A DNA stretch of 64,000 bases from contig OY843584.1 in the NCBI GenBank assembly GCA_963692915.1, positions 256,001 to 320,000 on the forward strand. Reading direction: 5' to 3'. A model generated the notes under the pieces. That model saw only the letters and a program-made list of their open reading frames with translations. It did no database searches and was not told the DNA's origin. Within the stretch, counting starts at the first letter, position 1. The number at the start of each line of letters is the position of its first letter. Position numbers and translations under genes: made by a program. Positions 42,023-52,387 of this stretch are shown here, piece after piece. The DNA is from Cenarchaeum sp. Lineage in GTDB: Archaea; Thermoproteota; Nitrososphaeria; Nitrososphaerales; Nitrosopumilaceae.

Positions 42023-42559
42023 GTGCGCACCATAGAACGCATACTGGCAGCCGCGCGCCATGGCGGCGCAGCGTGCCGACCCCACCTGGCGCTGCGGGGT
42101 CACGGTGGACTCGTCGAGTGCGTCCACGCGCCTGCGCGCCCCGCGCAACGGACGCTTGATGATGACATGCTGCCGCTGCAGGATGCGCTCACGGAGAGTG
42201 ACGTCAAGCACCAGCATATTGTCTACCGCCTTGTCAACGGGAACCGCAGTGTCCCTGAAACGCCGATTGACTTTCTTGGAACCGTGCGCGAGATGGAGGG
42301 GCTCGTGTACGGCATGGAGAACTTTATCTGCATCACCAACAAGAATGTGGCCAGGGGCGGATTTGTCCAGTTTCTGCGCCTTGACCGTGATGAATGGTAT
42401 GTTGACATTCCCATCAACATGGGCCGGGGCTGGGATGGTTATGTGTGGGGCTGCCATGCGGACACGCGCCTGCTCTCTGACACGCTGTGCCTCTTTTTTG
42501 AGGAGGTTCCGTGGTTTGGCATGCTGCCCTGGACAATGCGCCGTGTCGCGCATTCCTGA
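42023..42559 (+). CDS. hypothetical protein
   Basis: Abuts the PIN gene; globular, aromatic-rich C-terminal two-thirds; start uncertain. Confidence 0.65.
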   Translation: MRTIERILAAARHGGAACRPHLALRGHGGLVECVHAPARPAQRTLDDDMLPLQDALTESDVKHQHIVYRLVNGNRSVPETPIDFLGTVREMEGLVYGMENFICITNKNVARGGFVQFLRLDRDEWYVDIPINMGRGWDGYVWGCHADTRLLSDTLCLFFEEVPWFGMLPWTMRRVAHS

Positions 42560-42607
42560 GCCCTGGACGGGAAAGGTATAATTGGCTCTGGCCTGCGCGC
42601 GAGGACG

Positions 42608-43051
42608 TTGAGGATCACAAGTCCGGCATTTGCCGACGGTGGGGAGATTCCGCGCCGGTGCGGGTACAAGAACGGCAACGAGCAGCCGACCCTCCTGGTT
42701 TCTGACGTGCCCGGCGGCGTTAGGTCGCTTGCAGTCATCATGGACGATCCTGACGCAGTCGCCGCAGTCGGCAAGCAGTGGGTCCACTGGACGGCATGGA
42801 ACATTGGTGCTGACACGGTCGAGCTCTCGGCGTCGCTGCCTGCAGGCGCACTGGAGGGGACGACTGACTTTGGCGAGGTCGGGTATGGTGGGCCTGCCCC
42901 GCCTGACGGCGAGCACACGTACCTGTTTGCGCTCCATGCGCTTGACACCGTGCTCGATATCGCCGGCGGCGCGACGAGGGCAGAGCTCGACTCGGCGATA
43001 CACGGGCACATTGTGGAGACTGCAATGCTCCGTGGCCGCTACGCGCCCTAG
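42608..43051 (+). CDS. YbhB/YbcL (PEBP) family protein
   Basis: ITSPAF, MDDPDA, WVHW, YGGPAPP, HTYLFALHALD. Confidence 0.93.
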   Translation: MRITSPAFADGGEIPRRCGYKNGNEQPTLLVSDVPGGVRSLAVIMDDPDAVAAVGKQWVHWTAWNIGADTVELSASLPAGALEGTTDFGEVGYGGPAPPDGEHTYLFALHALDTVLDIAGGATRAELDSAIHGHIVETAMLRGRYAP

Positions 43052-43178
43052 GCGTCTCGTGGGGCAATGTGGCCTAGTCACGCACCCGCTTTTCGGGTTG
43101 TGGCCAATCTACCTAATGCGCATATGTGGTGACAGGTGGGGGTTAAGGTTTTTAATGTGCCTGATGGACGCTGGGGCA

Positions 43179-43478
43179 ATGACGATGAGTCCACCATCAA
43201 CACACCGATACGGTGAGTGGTTGATGCTGGAAGACTGGAAGCCGGCCCGAAATAACGCCAAAATCACGTTTTCTAATGGTGACGCTACTGTCACACCCTG
43301 GCCGGGGCAAAATGATGAGCCCGTACGGATAATTTCTAGAGGGGTAGAAGAGATCATACACTATGACGCAAAACGCATGGAGCATGGAAAGCCATATCCT
43401 ATAGAATGGTATGGCAAAAAGTTCGTGCTAGTAAAGCGCGGCGACACGATCAACATGCTGACGGAAGATGAAGTTTAA
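43179..43478 (+). CDS. hypothetical protein (AT-rich islet, gene 1)
   Basis: Follows a ttttaat box at ~43150; overlaps the next gene. Confidence 0.6.
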   Translation: MTMSPPSTHRYGEWLMLEDWKPARNNAKITFSNGDATVTPWPGQNDEPVRIISRGVEEIIHYDAKRMEHGKPYPIEWYGKKFVLVKRGDTINMLTEDEV

Positions 43479-43656
43479 GATTAGTGGTGCGGTCAACGGA
43501 GCACTGGACGGACTGGTACCGGGTATCACACTCGCATTAGACTATGACAAATCGACAGATGTGCCAATTAAGTGGTGTGATGCTCATGTAAAATTCTTTA
43601 AAGATCGTCTCATTCACATACATCATCATGATGTGGAGGTTGTTCGTTATGAATAA
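43468..43656 (+). CDS. small hypothetical protein (islet gene 2)
   Basis: Overlaps both neighbours; HIHHH near the C-terminus. Confidence 0.5.
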   Translation: MKFKISGAVNGALDGLVPGITLALDYDKSTDVPIKWCDAHVKFFKDRLIHIHHHDVEVVRYE

Positions 43657-44071
43657 ATCCGAAGACATGATAAAGAGCTATGGATACATGCCCTTCAAAG
43701 TATTGAAAAATGCTCCACTTGTGTGCATTGTAAAAGATGACGGGACGATGATCACTATCGAGTCCACAATCCAAAAAATCATCAATACAAGCAAAGGGCA
43801 AGGCGACATATTCGGTAATGCCAACGTTGTCATATACACAAAGAAAGATGTTCGAGAAGGAAAGCCACTGTCACGAGCACAGGATCTTGATTATGACATA
43901 ATTTCAAAAGGCGAATTTACTTGTAAGGTCGATAATGGAATAATTATATCCATGCTGCCTGTTATAGTACAGATAAATCGTTCAGGTGTGCGTATCCAAC
44001 ATAATGAAGAACTCTACGAAGTATCGGCCAGTTTTAAAATAAAAACTTCGGGCACCTTGACCGATCCATAA
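43649..44071 (+). CDS. hypothetical protein with internal two-fold repeat (islet gene 3)
   Basis: MPFKVLK...DDGTMITI resembles LDYDIIS...DNGIIISM. Confidence 0.65.
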   Translation: MNKSEDMIKSYGYMPFKVLKNAPLVCIVKDDGTMITIESTIQKIINTSKGQGDIFGNANVVIYTKKDVREGKPLSRAQDLDYDIISKGEFTCKVDNGIIISMLPVIVQINRSGVRIQHNEELYEVSASFKIKTSGTLTDP

Positions 44072-44380
44072 TGAGTGTTCCATTCGCGTAAACGCGCACT
44101 AGAAAATGGCGTTCGGGACTGGCACGCATGACCATCTTGGGAGCGCCTATGTTGGTTCTTGCTGCGCGTGATGCGTCCAACGACAAACTGACATCAGAGG
44201 ATCCCTGAGGGCGCCATGATGGACTCCGCGCATGCCGCCTGCAGACTCTGCCTGTGAGCCAGTCTCATGTTGCCCTGCGGGAGTCACCTGCTCCCACAGA
44301 TCTCTTCAGGGCCGATCCCGCCATGGCACATCGGGAATTGTCAGCAGGCCGACAAAAGAATAATAACCAATGTTTGGGCC

Positions 44381-46699
44381 ATGCATCCTGTAGTGCTTGA
44401 AAGGAGGCTCCTCTCAGTGGGTTCGCGCGAGCTTCGAACGCGACACCTCATAGTGATCGCAGTCCTTGCCCTCTCGTTTACTGTCTCGGCGCTGATCAGG
44501 GCACAGCCTGCAGAATACGGGTTTACGCTTCACGAGTTTGACCCGTTCTTCAACTATCGCGCAACAGAGTTTCTCGTGGAGAACGGCCTTGGGGCGTACG
44601 CGGACTGGCATGATGACCTTAGCTGGTATCCTGACGGCCGCGACATATCGCGCACGTCGCAGTTCATGCAGCACGCCACGGCGGCCGCGCTCTATGGCGT
44701 CTTTGGCGGGGGCTCGGAGCTCCTCGACTTTGTCATAATCCTGCCGCTAGTCCTCGGCGCGCTGACGGGCATAGCAGTCTTTGCGCTTGTGCGCGTGATT
44801 GCCGGAACCACCGCAGGCCTCCTCGCGTCGCTCTTTTACGCCGTGTCGGTGCCCATAATCATACGCGGCCCCATAGGGTGGTTCAAGGCCGAGCCTATCG
44901 GCCTCTTTTACGGCGTCATCGGCGTGTATCTGTTCCTTAGCGGCATAACCTCGTCTAACCGGCGCGAGGCGGCAATCAGGCTAGCCGGCGCCGGAATTGT
45001 GATGTCCATGGCACTCTCTGCATGGGGCGGCACGCAGTTCTTTATCATTCCGCTAGGGCTCTTTTTCATGGCCCTTCCGTTCATCAGGCGGGATCACTCG
45101 TTTCTCCTGTGGGCTATACCGCTCTTCGTCGGCGTCCTCCTTGCCTCGTCTGCAGCATTTGAGAGGCCTGGCGCCTCCTTTGCCCTTGGCCTCGGGGGCG
45201 CAGCGCTGGCAGTTCCGGCAATAGTCATGGTCGCGTGCATATTCATACAGCGCGCAAGCCCTGCGGCCTCTGCAACGCGAAACTCGCTGGCACTCGTGCT
45301 TGGCATAGTCGTCATAACTGCTGTCATATTTGCGGTGAACAGCCAGACGGACTCCCTTGACCTGCCAAGCTTTCGCTACCTCAACGCGATAAACCCGTTT
45401 CTGACCACAGTCGACCCACTCGTCGACTCGGTCTCTGAGCACGTCTCGCTGACGCTTCGCCAGTCGTTCTTTTTCATGTCGGTTCTCATGATCTTTGCGG
45501 GCATTGGGGCATGGCTCCTCCTGTCGCGGCGCGACCGCCTTGACTCGTACGGCGTGCCGTTGCGCACGGACATGGCAGTCTATGCGATGATGATGGGGTT
45601 TGCCGGAGTCTATGTCGCCTCGGCATTCACGAGGCTTGCCGTATTCTCGTCAGTAGCAGTGGTGATCCTGGCCTCGATAGGCATCGCCATCCTCGCCGCA
45701 CTGGTGTTCTCCAACCCGCGTGCGGGGATTGGAATAAAGTCTGGATTCGTCGTGGCAGTCGTGGCCATGCTCATAGTTCCAATGACAGCCCCCGCTGAGG
45801 GAAACTGGATCACCACGGTCAACAACCCACCCCCGATACTCAACGGGGGCTCGGTCTTTGACATAGCGACGCAGGATTGGCCGCTTGCCCTTGAGTGGAT
45901 ACGCGCCGAAACGCCCGAGGACTCGATCATCATGTCGTGGTGGGACTATGGCTATTGGATTGAGACGCTCGCAAACCGCACGACGCTTGTGGACAACCTG
46001 ACCGTCTCGACTGGCAAGATACAGAACATTGCGCAGATCTTTTACAGTGAGCCGTCCGAGGCGTGGGAGCGAATGAACGACCTCGGGGTCGACTATGCGG
46101 TAATCTACATCGCCGCGCGCAACGTTGGCGTTCCCGAGAGGCCACTCTACACGCTGGCCGGAGGGGGAGACGAGACAAAGCGGGTCTGGCTCGCAAGAAT
46201 CGCCGGCGTTGATGAGGACAAGTACCTCTATGGGGACTCTGTTAGCCCCAAGGAGAGCTTTAATGACACGATCTATGGGCTGATGACGCCATTCACGCAC
46301 GCGACATACGGCAACATTGCCACGGGCCTAAAGTCCGTCAGGTGGCAGCCGGGCTTTGTCTCCATATATGAAAAGGACGTGCACTTTCCGGCCGGCGGGG
46401 ACGGCCCGTTGCGCCTCGTCTACTCGTCACCGTCCTTTGACGAGGATCACGACTCTAGGATTAACGGCGTGTTTGTGTACGAGCTCAACCGCGACTATGT
46501 CCCACCTGCACCCGAGCCTGTCATGGTCCCGATCACGACGATCCCGTTTATGGAGGGAGTGACGGGCGATGACGCCGATGCGATGGCCATGGACGAGACT
46601 GCCGACGGCGAGATGGCCATGGAAGGGGCGATGGGCGATGACGTCGATGCGATGGCCATGGACGAGACCGCCGATGGCGACGAGCCTGTCGAGCCCTAG
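44381..46699 (+). CDS. aglB: oligosaccharyltransferase AglB (STT3)
   Basis: HEFDPFFNYR, WYPDGR, SVSEH, SWWDYGYWI, many TM helices. Confidence 0.95.
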   Translation: MHPVVLERRLLSVGSRELRTRHLIVIAVLALSFTVSALIRAQPAEYGFTLHEFDPFFNYRATEFLVENGLGAYADWHDDLSWYPDGRDISRTSQFMQHATAAALYGVFGGGSELLDFVIILPLVLGALTGIAVFALVRVIAGTTAGLLASLFYAVSVPIIIRGPIGWFKAEPIGLFYGVIGVYLFLSGITSSNRREAAIRLAGAGIVMSMALSAWGGTQFFIIPLGLFFMALPFIRRDHSFLLWAIPLFVGVLLASSAAFERPGASFALGLGGAALAVPAIVMVACIFIQRASPAASATRNSLALVLGIVVITAVIFAVNSQTDSLDLPSFRYLNAINPFLTTVDPLVDSVSEHVSLTLRQSFFFMSVLMIFAGIGAWLLLSRRDRLDSYGVPLRTDMAVYAMMMGFAGVYVASAFTRLAVFSSVAVVILASIGIAILAALVFSNPRAGIGIKSGFVVAVVAMLIVPMTAPAEGNWITTVNNPPPILNGGSVFDIATQDWPLALEWIRAETPEDSIIMSWWDYGYWIETLANRTTLVDNLTVSTGKIQNIAQIFYSEPSEAWERMNDLGVDYAVIYIAARNVGVPERPLYTLAGGGDETKRVWLARIAGVDEDKYLYGDSVSPKESFNDTIYGLMTPFTHATYGNIATGLKSVRWQPGFVSIYEKDVHFPAGGDGPLRLVYSSPSFDEDHDSRINGVFVYELNRDYVPPAPEPVMVPITTIPFMEGVTGDDADAMAMDETADGEMAMEGAMGDDVDAMAMDETADGDEPVEP
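46550..46681 (+). repeat. 69-nt-period tandem duplication encoding the Met/Asp-rich AglB tail
   Basis: MEGVTGDDADAMAMDETADGE followed by MEGAMGDDVDAMAMDETADGD. Confidence 0.85.
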
Positions 46700-46858
46700 C
46701 TATTCCTCGTATCGTTCGGCGAGCCTATAGCGCATATACTTGTCATCAGGGGAGAACTTTGCCGGATGAGCCGAGCGTGTCTCGCCACTGCACTTGGGGC
46801 AGCTCTCCTTTAGCGTGTACTTGCCGCACTCGACGCACCGGCGCATCATAAACCGCAT
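46700..46858 (-). CDS. nop10: H/ACA RNP protein Nop10 (below the ORF-track cutoff)
   Basis: Manual translation MRFMMRRCVECGKYTLKESCPKCSGETRSAHPAKFSPDDKYMRYRLAERYEE; follows aIF2alpha. Confidence 0.93.
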   Translation of the reverse strand: MRFMMRRCVECGKYTLKESCPKCSGETRSAHPAKFSPDDKYMRYRLAERYEE

Positions 46859-46861
46859 GGA

Positions 46862-47656
46862 CTATTCCTCCCTTACCTTTTTTGATTCCTCGCGCGCAAA
46901 CTCGTACGTGCCCTTTTTTCCTATCTTTGCCTGTATTGTGGCAAGTATTGGCTTTAGCTCTTTTTCGGCTGACTTGAAGTCTGGCGCACTCACGGCAATC
47001 CTGTATTTTGGCGCACCAAGGTATGTGATGCTGGCCATTTTGCTCTTTTTGGTCGCGCTCTGCAGCGTGTTGATTATTGTCTCGACACCGTCTGGCGTGG
47101 GCACCTTTATTTTGAGGACACCGCGTATCTCTACTGAGGGGAGTCTTATCTTGGAGCATGCGTCTGATATTGCGTCAATGATTTTTTTGCCGAGCTTTAG
47201 CGCTGCCAGAGTCTCCGTGCCGTTCCTGGCGACTTCCATGAACACGTCATAGATCGAGTCGCCCTTTGAGTAGAGCTTGTCCTCAAGCGCACTCGTTTCT
47301 TCTTCGGAGAGTGATGCCTTTTCCTGGATGCTCTTGAGCAGCGTCATGCCCTTTTCATACCTCTTTACCTCTAGGAGCTTTTTCTTTCTCTGGTCATTGG
47401 ATACTTGCTTTAGGGACAGGTCAATGTCAGCGCGTTCCTCATTGACGCGCTTTACAAGGAGGATCTTTTTCTCGTTGACTCGGACAAACTTGGAGACCGA
47501 GCGTATCCAGCCCGGCGCAAGCTCGCTGATGTGAAGAAAGCCAGACATGTCGCCGTACTCGTCTAGCGTGACGTATGCCCCGTGATCCATCACCTTTGAG
47601 ACTGTCGCGAGAACTATCTCGCCGCGAACGGGCATCTCGCGCTCTTGTGCCATCAT
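46862..47656 (-). CDS. eif2a: translation initiation factor aIF2 alpha
   Basis: S1 domain GAYVTLDEY...GFLHISE, IDLSLK, GAPKYRI. Confidence 0.95.
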   Translation of the reverse strand: MMAQEREMPVRGEIVLATVSKVMDHGAYVTLDEYGDMSGFLHISELAPGWIRSVSKFVRVNEKKILLVKRVNEERADIDLSLKQVSNDQRKKKLLEVKRYEKGMTLLKSIQEKASLSEEETSALEDKLYSKGDSIYDVFMEVARNGTETLAALKLGKKIIDAISDACSKIRLPSVEIRGVLKIKVPTPDGVETIINTLQSATKKSKMASITYLGAPKYRIAVSAPDFKSAEKELKPILATIQAKIGKKGTYEFAREESKKVREE

Positions 47657-47841
47657 GCGGCCCCCCAAACCACTTCAAATTTAACCTTGACGTGTCTATA
47701 TGGACAAATTGCCCCATATGCGCGCATGGGTGTGCGCCTAGGGTCATGGGACAAGCTAGTGCGCCTGTCGCGCCCTGCCCGCCAGGACAGGCTATGGCCA
47801 GAGCTGCACTAGGGCGCAGACTGGTGCCGTATGCGCATACA

Positions 47842-48375
47842 TCAAAAGTCTATTCCCTTTTTTGCCCTGATTCCGCGCTTGAATGGATGCCGAACCTCCT
47901 TCATCTCGGTGATGAGGTCTGCTGCCTCGAGTATGCGCTCGTCGGCACGGTTGCCGGTCAGGACTAGGGTGAGCTCGCGGGGACGCGAGCTGATGAGGCG
48001 CAGCACGTCAGCTGCATCGACTAGTCCAAGGCTAGTCGCATAGTTGACCTCGTCGAGCATGACAATGTCATACTTGCCCGAGGATATTCTCTTGGCCGCC
48101 TCGCGCATCGACTCGGCGGCCACCTTTACGTGAACCTCCCTGTCGCTCGTGTCGTCCATTATTCCGACAAACCCGTGTCCAGATGCGACGAGCTCAAAGT
48201 TTGGTGATAGGAGCTTTGACGAGTCAAGCTCGCCATAGTGCCACGATCCCTTGATGAACTGGATCATGCACACGCGCTTGTCATGGCCGACGGCGCGCAG
48301 TGCCATGCCCAGGGCAGCAGTGGTCTTGCCTTTGCCGCCACCGGTGTACACTATGACAAGGCCGTCGTCTGCCAT
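47842..48375 (-). CDS. cobO: cob(I)yrinate adenosyltransferase
   Basis: YTGGGKGKTTAALG, QFIKG, LDEV, VLTG, HPF. Confidence 0.95.
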   Translation of the reverse strand: MADDGLVIVYTGGGKGKTTAALGMALRAVGHDKRVCMIQFIKGSWHYGELDSSKLLSPNFELVASGHGFVGIMDDTSDREVHVKVAAESMREAAKRISSGKYDIVMLDEVNYATSLGLVDAADVLRLISSRPRELTLVLTGNRADERILEAADLITEMKEVRHPFKRGIRAKKGIDF

Positions 48376-48559
48376 CTGTGCGGCATCGAGAATTGCCCCG
48401 CTAATAGCATTGTCGGCACCTGCCACGCACGCAGGTATGTGGGGTCAGCGTCCCGCCATGACACGCGTGCAGTGGTGCCATGTGGGCAGCCTGCGTGCGT
48501 ACCCTGTAGTCACATCTGCCCGTATGCACTTAAATAAAAAACACGCACGCGCCCCCGCA

Positions 48560-49933
48560 ATGAGGATACCGAGAATTGTCATCGCCGGAGTGTCCAGTGG
48601 TGTGGGCAAGACGCTCGTTGCATGTGCCGTGGCATACGGCATACGCAAGCGTGGATACACCGTGCAGCCGTTCAAGGTGGGACCGGACTATATCGACCCC
48701 GGCTACCTCTCGCTTGCGGCCGGAAGGGACGCACGAAACCTTGACACGTGGATAATGGGACGCTCGCGAATGGTCGAGAGCTTTGCGCAGTCCTCGACAT
48801 CAGACGTCTCTGTCATAGAGGGCGTCATGGGTCACTATGACGGGCTCTCGGGGCGAACCAACCGCGCGAGCACGTTCGAGGCAGCGCAGATACTCGACGC
48901 GCCAGTCATACTCGTAGTCGATGCCAGCCGCGCGGCACGATCAATCGCGGCGACTGTCAAGGGGTTTGTGACATACCAAAAACCCTCCAACATCATAGGA
49001 GTTGTGCTAAACAGGGTGGGCAGCAGGAGACACATGGACTTTTGTGCCGACTCGCTAGAGCAGGCTGGCATGCCCGTCCTGGGCTCGATACCTCGCGACG
49101 AGTCATATGTGCTAGAGTCTAGGCACCTTGGGCTAGTTCCGCCAATTGAGGGCAGCGCAAAGAGCAAAAAGGCCATCGCAGCATTCAAAGGAGTCGAGGA
49201 GTGCATTGATGTTGACACCATGATAAACACCGCTGACTCGGCACGCTCGCTAAAGCTGGCGCGCCCTAATCCAAAACCCAAAAAGCCGCGACGAGCTACG
49301 ATCGGCGTTGCGCTTGACTCGTCATTCAACTTTTACTATCGCGACAATCTCGATGCCCTCGAGCGCGAGGGCGCACGCCTAAAGTTCTTTAGCCCTGTTG
49401 CTGACAAGAACCTGCCAGAGTGCGACGGCCTCTACATCGGGGGCGGATTTCCAGAAGTTCTCGGATCGGCACTTGAGGGCAACTCGTCGATGAGGCGCGC
49501 AATACGTGCGCATGCGATCGACGAGCGCCGCGCCATATATGCTGAATGCGGTGGCCTGATGTACCTAACGCGCGGAATCACGTCAGGCAAGCGGCGTTAT
49601 GTGATGTCCGGCGTGATTGACGCGCAGACGAAAATGTCCAAAAAACCAATCCTGGGATACACGCGTGGCATGATCACGCGAAAGTGCATCATTTCGCCCC
49701 GCCCGCTGAACATGCGCGGCCACGAGTTCCACTATTCGACCATATCTGACATTCCAAATGACACGGCCTTTGCGTACTCGCTTGACGTCGGAACGGGCAT
49801 CGCCGGCGGACGTGACGGCATAATGCAGGATGCAGTTCTCGCGTCGTACGGGCACCTGTATTTTGGGGACACGCTAGCGGGCAACAGGGCAGGCAGCATC
49901 GTGGCGGCGACCCGTGTGGCAGCACGGCGCTAG
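48560..49933 (+). CDS. cbiA: cobyrinate a,c-diamide synthase
   Basis: SGVGKT, FKVGPDYIDP, IEGVMG, SRHLGL, AECGG, GHEFHYS. Confidence 0.95.
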   Translation: MRIPRIVIAGVSSGVGKTLVACAVAYGIRKRGYTVQPFKVGPDYIDPGYLSLAAGRDARNLDTWIMGRSRMVESFAQSSTSDVSVIEGVMGHYDGLSGRTNRASTFEAAQILDAPVILVVDASRAARSIAATVKGFVTYQKPSNIIGVVLNRVGSRRHMDFCADSLEQAGMPVLGSIPRDESYVLESRHLGLVPPIEGSAKSKKAIAAFKGVEECIDVDTMINTADSARSLKLARPNPKPKKPRRATIGVALDSSFNFYYRDNLDALEREGARLKFFSPVADKNLPECDGLYIGGGFPEVLGSALEGNSSMRRAIRAHAIDERRAIYAECGGLMYLTRGITSGKRRYVMSGVIDAQTKMSKKPILGYTRGMITRKCIISPRPLNMRGHEFHYSTISDIPNDTAFAYSLDVGTGIAGGRDGIMQDAVLASYGHLYFGDTLAGNRAGSIVAATRVAARR

Positions 49934-50550
49934 GCTGACTTGAAGAGCGCGTTTAGTATGGCCGCCGCAGCCGCGCTCCCGCCCTTCCTGCCCGAGTTTG
50001 TTATGCACGTGATGCCAGAGGCGGCGAGTGCCTCCTTTGACTCTACGGCAGAGACAAAGCCCACGGGAATGCCGACGGTGAGGGCCGGCCTCACAATGCC
50101 CTCGCGGACCATCTCGAGGAGCTCAAGGAGGGCCGTCGGCGCGTTGCCGACCACTACGACTCCACCATCGACCTCCTCGGCTGACTCGCGCATTGCGGCG
50201 CGCGAGCGCGTCGTGCCCTCGCGCTTTGCGCGCTCGGCGACCTGCGGGTCAGAGACGCGGCAGGACATGCCGCAGCCGCACTCGGCTACGTGACGTGCGC
50301 TTATGAGGCCGGTGACGCCGTGGACGTCGGCTACGATCGATGCGCCTGTGTGCAGCGCGCCGGCGCCGACGCGCACGGCATCTCCGACAAAAGAGATCGC
50401 GCACGAGCGCGCAAAGTCAAAGTCCGCCGTAGAGTGTATGACGCGCCTCACGACAGGCCACTCTTCATCCGAGTACGGATGATCGCCAATCTCCGAGTCG
50501 ATGATCCTCATGCTCTCATCTTCAATGTCCTGGCCTGCCCTAGTCTGCAC
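49930..50550 (-). CDS. cbiC: precorrin-8X methylmutase
   Basis: RVIHSTADF, GNAPTAL, PVGFV, GRKGGS. Confidence 0.95.
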   Translation of the reverse strand: MQTRAGQDIEDESMRIIDSEIGDHPYSDEEWPVVRRVIHSTADFDFARSCAISFVGDAVRVGAGALHTGASIVADVHGVTGLISARHVAECGCGMSCRVSDPQVAERAKREGTTRSRAAMRESAEEVDGGVVVVGNAPTALLELLEMVREGIVRPALTVGIPVGFVSAVESKEALAASGITCITNSGRKGGSAAAAAILNALFKSA

Positions 50551-51298
50551 TGCTCTCAACCTCCGATGCCCTCTCGACTATCAAGTTTATCATCGCAGGG
50601 TCTGTCCCGAGATGGCGCGTGATGTGTGCAGTCTTTATGCCATGCGTTTCGAGTGCGGGGTTGAGGTCGGCATATATGTCACGCTTTACGTGCGCACCCT
50701 CGTGCAAAAAGTAAAAGACGATCACGAGCGCCTCGGGATTGTCCTTTGCGCACTTGGCTATGCCGCTGGCAATGTCGGGCTGCTCTATCTCCAAGAGGCA
50801 GTATGACGCGCTCTTGTACGTGGGCCTTATGCGGTCAATGACGTACTCTAGTGACCTCTTTGCGTTCGGATCCAAGCTGCCATGGCCAATAACGAGCACG
50901 TCGACATTGGCGTTCTGCATGCCCGACCGTTCTGCCCTGTCAAGCGCGTCGCGTATGCGGCTGTTGACGAGCTCTACTAGAGTCTTGTGCATTCTCATGG
51001 GTCGTGTGATGAGCATCTTTGTGCGTGTCTGTGCCTGCATGCGCATAGCGTCGCGCACGGCGATCTTTAGCTTTTTGCCCGGATACAAAAAGTAGGGCAC
51101 GACTGTAAGAGTGTCGAGATTCTCACCTAGCGCACGCTCAAAGCCCTCGGGCATGAACGGCGGGACGACCTCCAAAAAGCAGTACGCCACATAGTCGTAT
51201 CCGCCCCTCTCCCTGACGCGTGCGCATATCTCGTCAAGCTCGGCCTTGACCTCGGCCTCCCTGCTTCCCCTGTCTATTATGAGCATCCCGCGCCTCAA
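50540..51298 (-). CDS. cbiX: sirohydrochlorin cobaltochelatase, two-domain CbiX
   Basis: DRGSR / GHGS repeats, FLEV / LLEI, PYFL, GAHVKRDI. Confidence 0.88.
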   Translation of the reverse strand: MRRGMLIIDRGSREAEVKAELDEICARVRERGGYDYVAYCFLEVVPPFMPEGFERALGENLDTLTVVPYFLYPGKKLKIAVRDAMRMQAQTRTKMLITRPMRMHKTLVELVNSRIRDALDRAERSGMQNANVDVLVIGHGSLDPNAKRSLEYVIDRIRPTYKSASYCLLEIEQPDIASGIAKCAKDNPEALVIVFYFLHEGAHVKRDIYADLNPALETHGIKTAHITRHLGTDPAMINLIVERASEVESSAD

Positions 51299-52356
51299 TG
51301 TTCCACCCTTGCCACGGCCAGCGTCAGGTCTGGTGGGAATTTGTGCTTTTGGACAATGAGCCTTCCCCCGCGAGAGGACACGAGCGCGGCGGCCTCGGAC
51401 ACGCTCGGCGTGCCCTCTAGGCGCTCAACGGTCTCAGACGGGTTCGGCGCCTCGATGCGCGCAAGTTCCGCCCTGTCGAGGAGCTCGAGGTCGACTTTGA
51501 GGGCGCGCGCTGCCTCCTCGAGTCCGGCCACGTCTACAGGCTTTTTGACCGAGACGAGGCGCGCAACGCACATGGGGCTCAGCGAGTTGTGCCTCAGCGT
51601 GGACTCGAGGGACTCGACGATCTTGGCGGACGGCGTGTCCCTGTGAACTCCGACGCCGACAACTAGGCTGCGCGGCCTATAGACCACTGTGGGCACCGCC
51701 ATTGCGCTGACGTCTGTGTCGGTTATGACTAGCGCACCGGCGCATCCCGCTTCAACAATCTCGTCAACACTCGAGCAGACGATGACATTTGCCGGCAGCG
51801 CCCCGCCGTCTCCCACAATGCCGCGCTCGCCGGCTTTTTGCAGCAGTCCGATTCTCTCGCCGTTGACCATCATTGCGCTCACGCGCGTGACATGCTCATC
51901 ACCGTCTATCCTCCAGCCCTCCTTGCGCCCCACAAGGTCCACGGCGATGGTCTTGTTGACGTCGGCAGCCGTAGTTATGACCGGAGTTGCGCCGATCCTC
52001 GAGCCGATGTCGCGTGCAAGCTCGTTGGCTCCACCTAGGTGCCCAGAGAGCGCGCTAATGGCAAACCTTGCCGAGTCGTCAATGACTACGATCGCGGGAT
52101 CCGTCTTTTTGCCCTTCATGTGCGGAGCCACAAGCCGGATGACTGCTCCGAGTGAAAATATGCACACGAGGCCGTCCATTGACGCAAATAGCCTTCCGAC
52201 AGTCTCGGGGGTCGGCTCGGCAAACCATGACACACCGTCCTGCCCGTCGTTGAGCTTTGAGGGCGCATGGACTGTCCAGTCTGGATAAAGCTCGCCTAGG
52301 CGCCGTCCGGTCTTCACGCCATTTTTCGTGATCGCGACTACGGCTACTCGCTCCAT
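51295..52356 (-). CDS. cbiG: cobalt-precorrin-5A hydrolase
   Basis: KKTDPAIVV, LSGHLGGAN, VITTAAD, SVSEAAAL. Confidence 0.93.
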   Translation of the reverse strand: MERVAVVAITKNGVKTGRRLGELYPDWTVHAPSKLNDGQDGVSWFAEPTPETVGRLFASMDGLVCIFSLGAVIRLVAPHMKGKKTDPAIVVIDDSARFAISALSGHLGGANELARDIGSRIGATPVITTAADVNKTIAVDLVGRKEGWRIDGDEHVTRVSAMMVNGERIGLLQKAGERGIVGDGGALPANVIVCSSVDEIVEAGCAGALVITDTDVSAMAVPTVVYRPRSLVVGVGVHRDTPSAKIVESLESTLRHNSLSPMCVARLVSVKKPVDVAGLEEAARALKVDLELLDRAELARIEAPNPSETVERLEGTPSVSEAAALVSSRGGRLIVQKHKFPPDLTLAVARVEH

Positions 52357-52387
52357 GCCACAGCACAGCATGCGTTGGTATAATATC

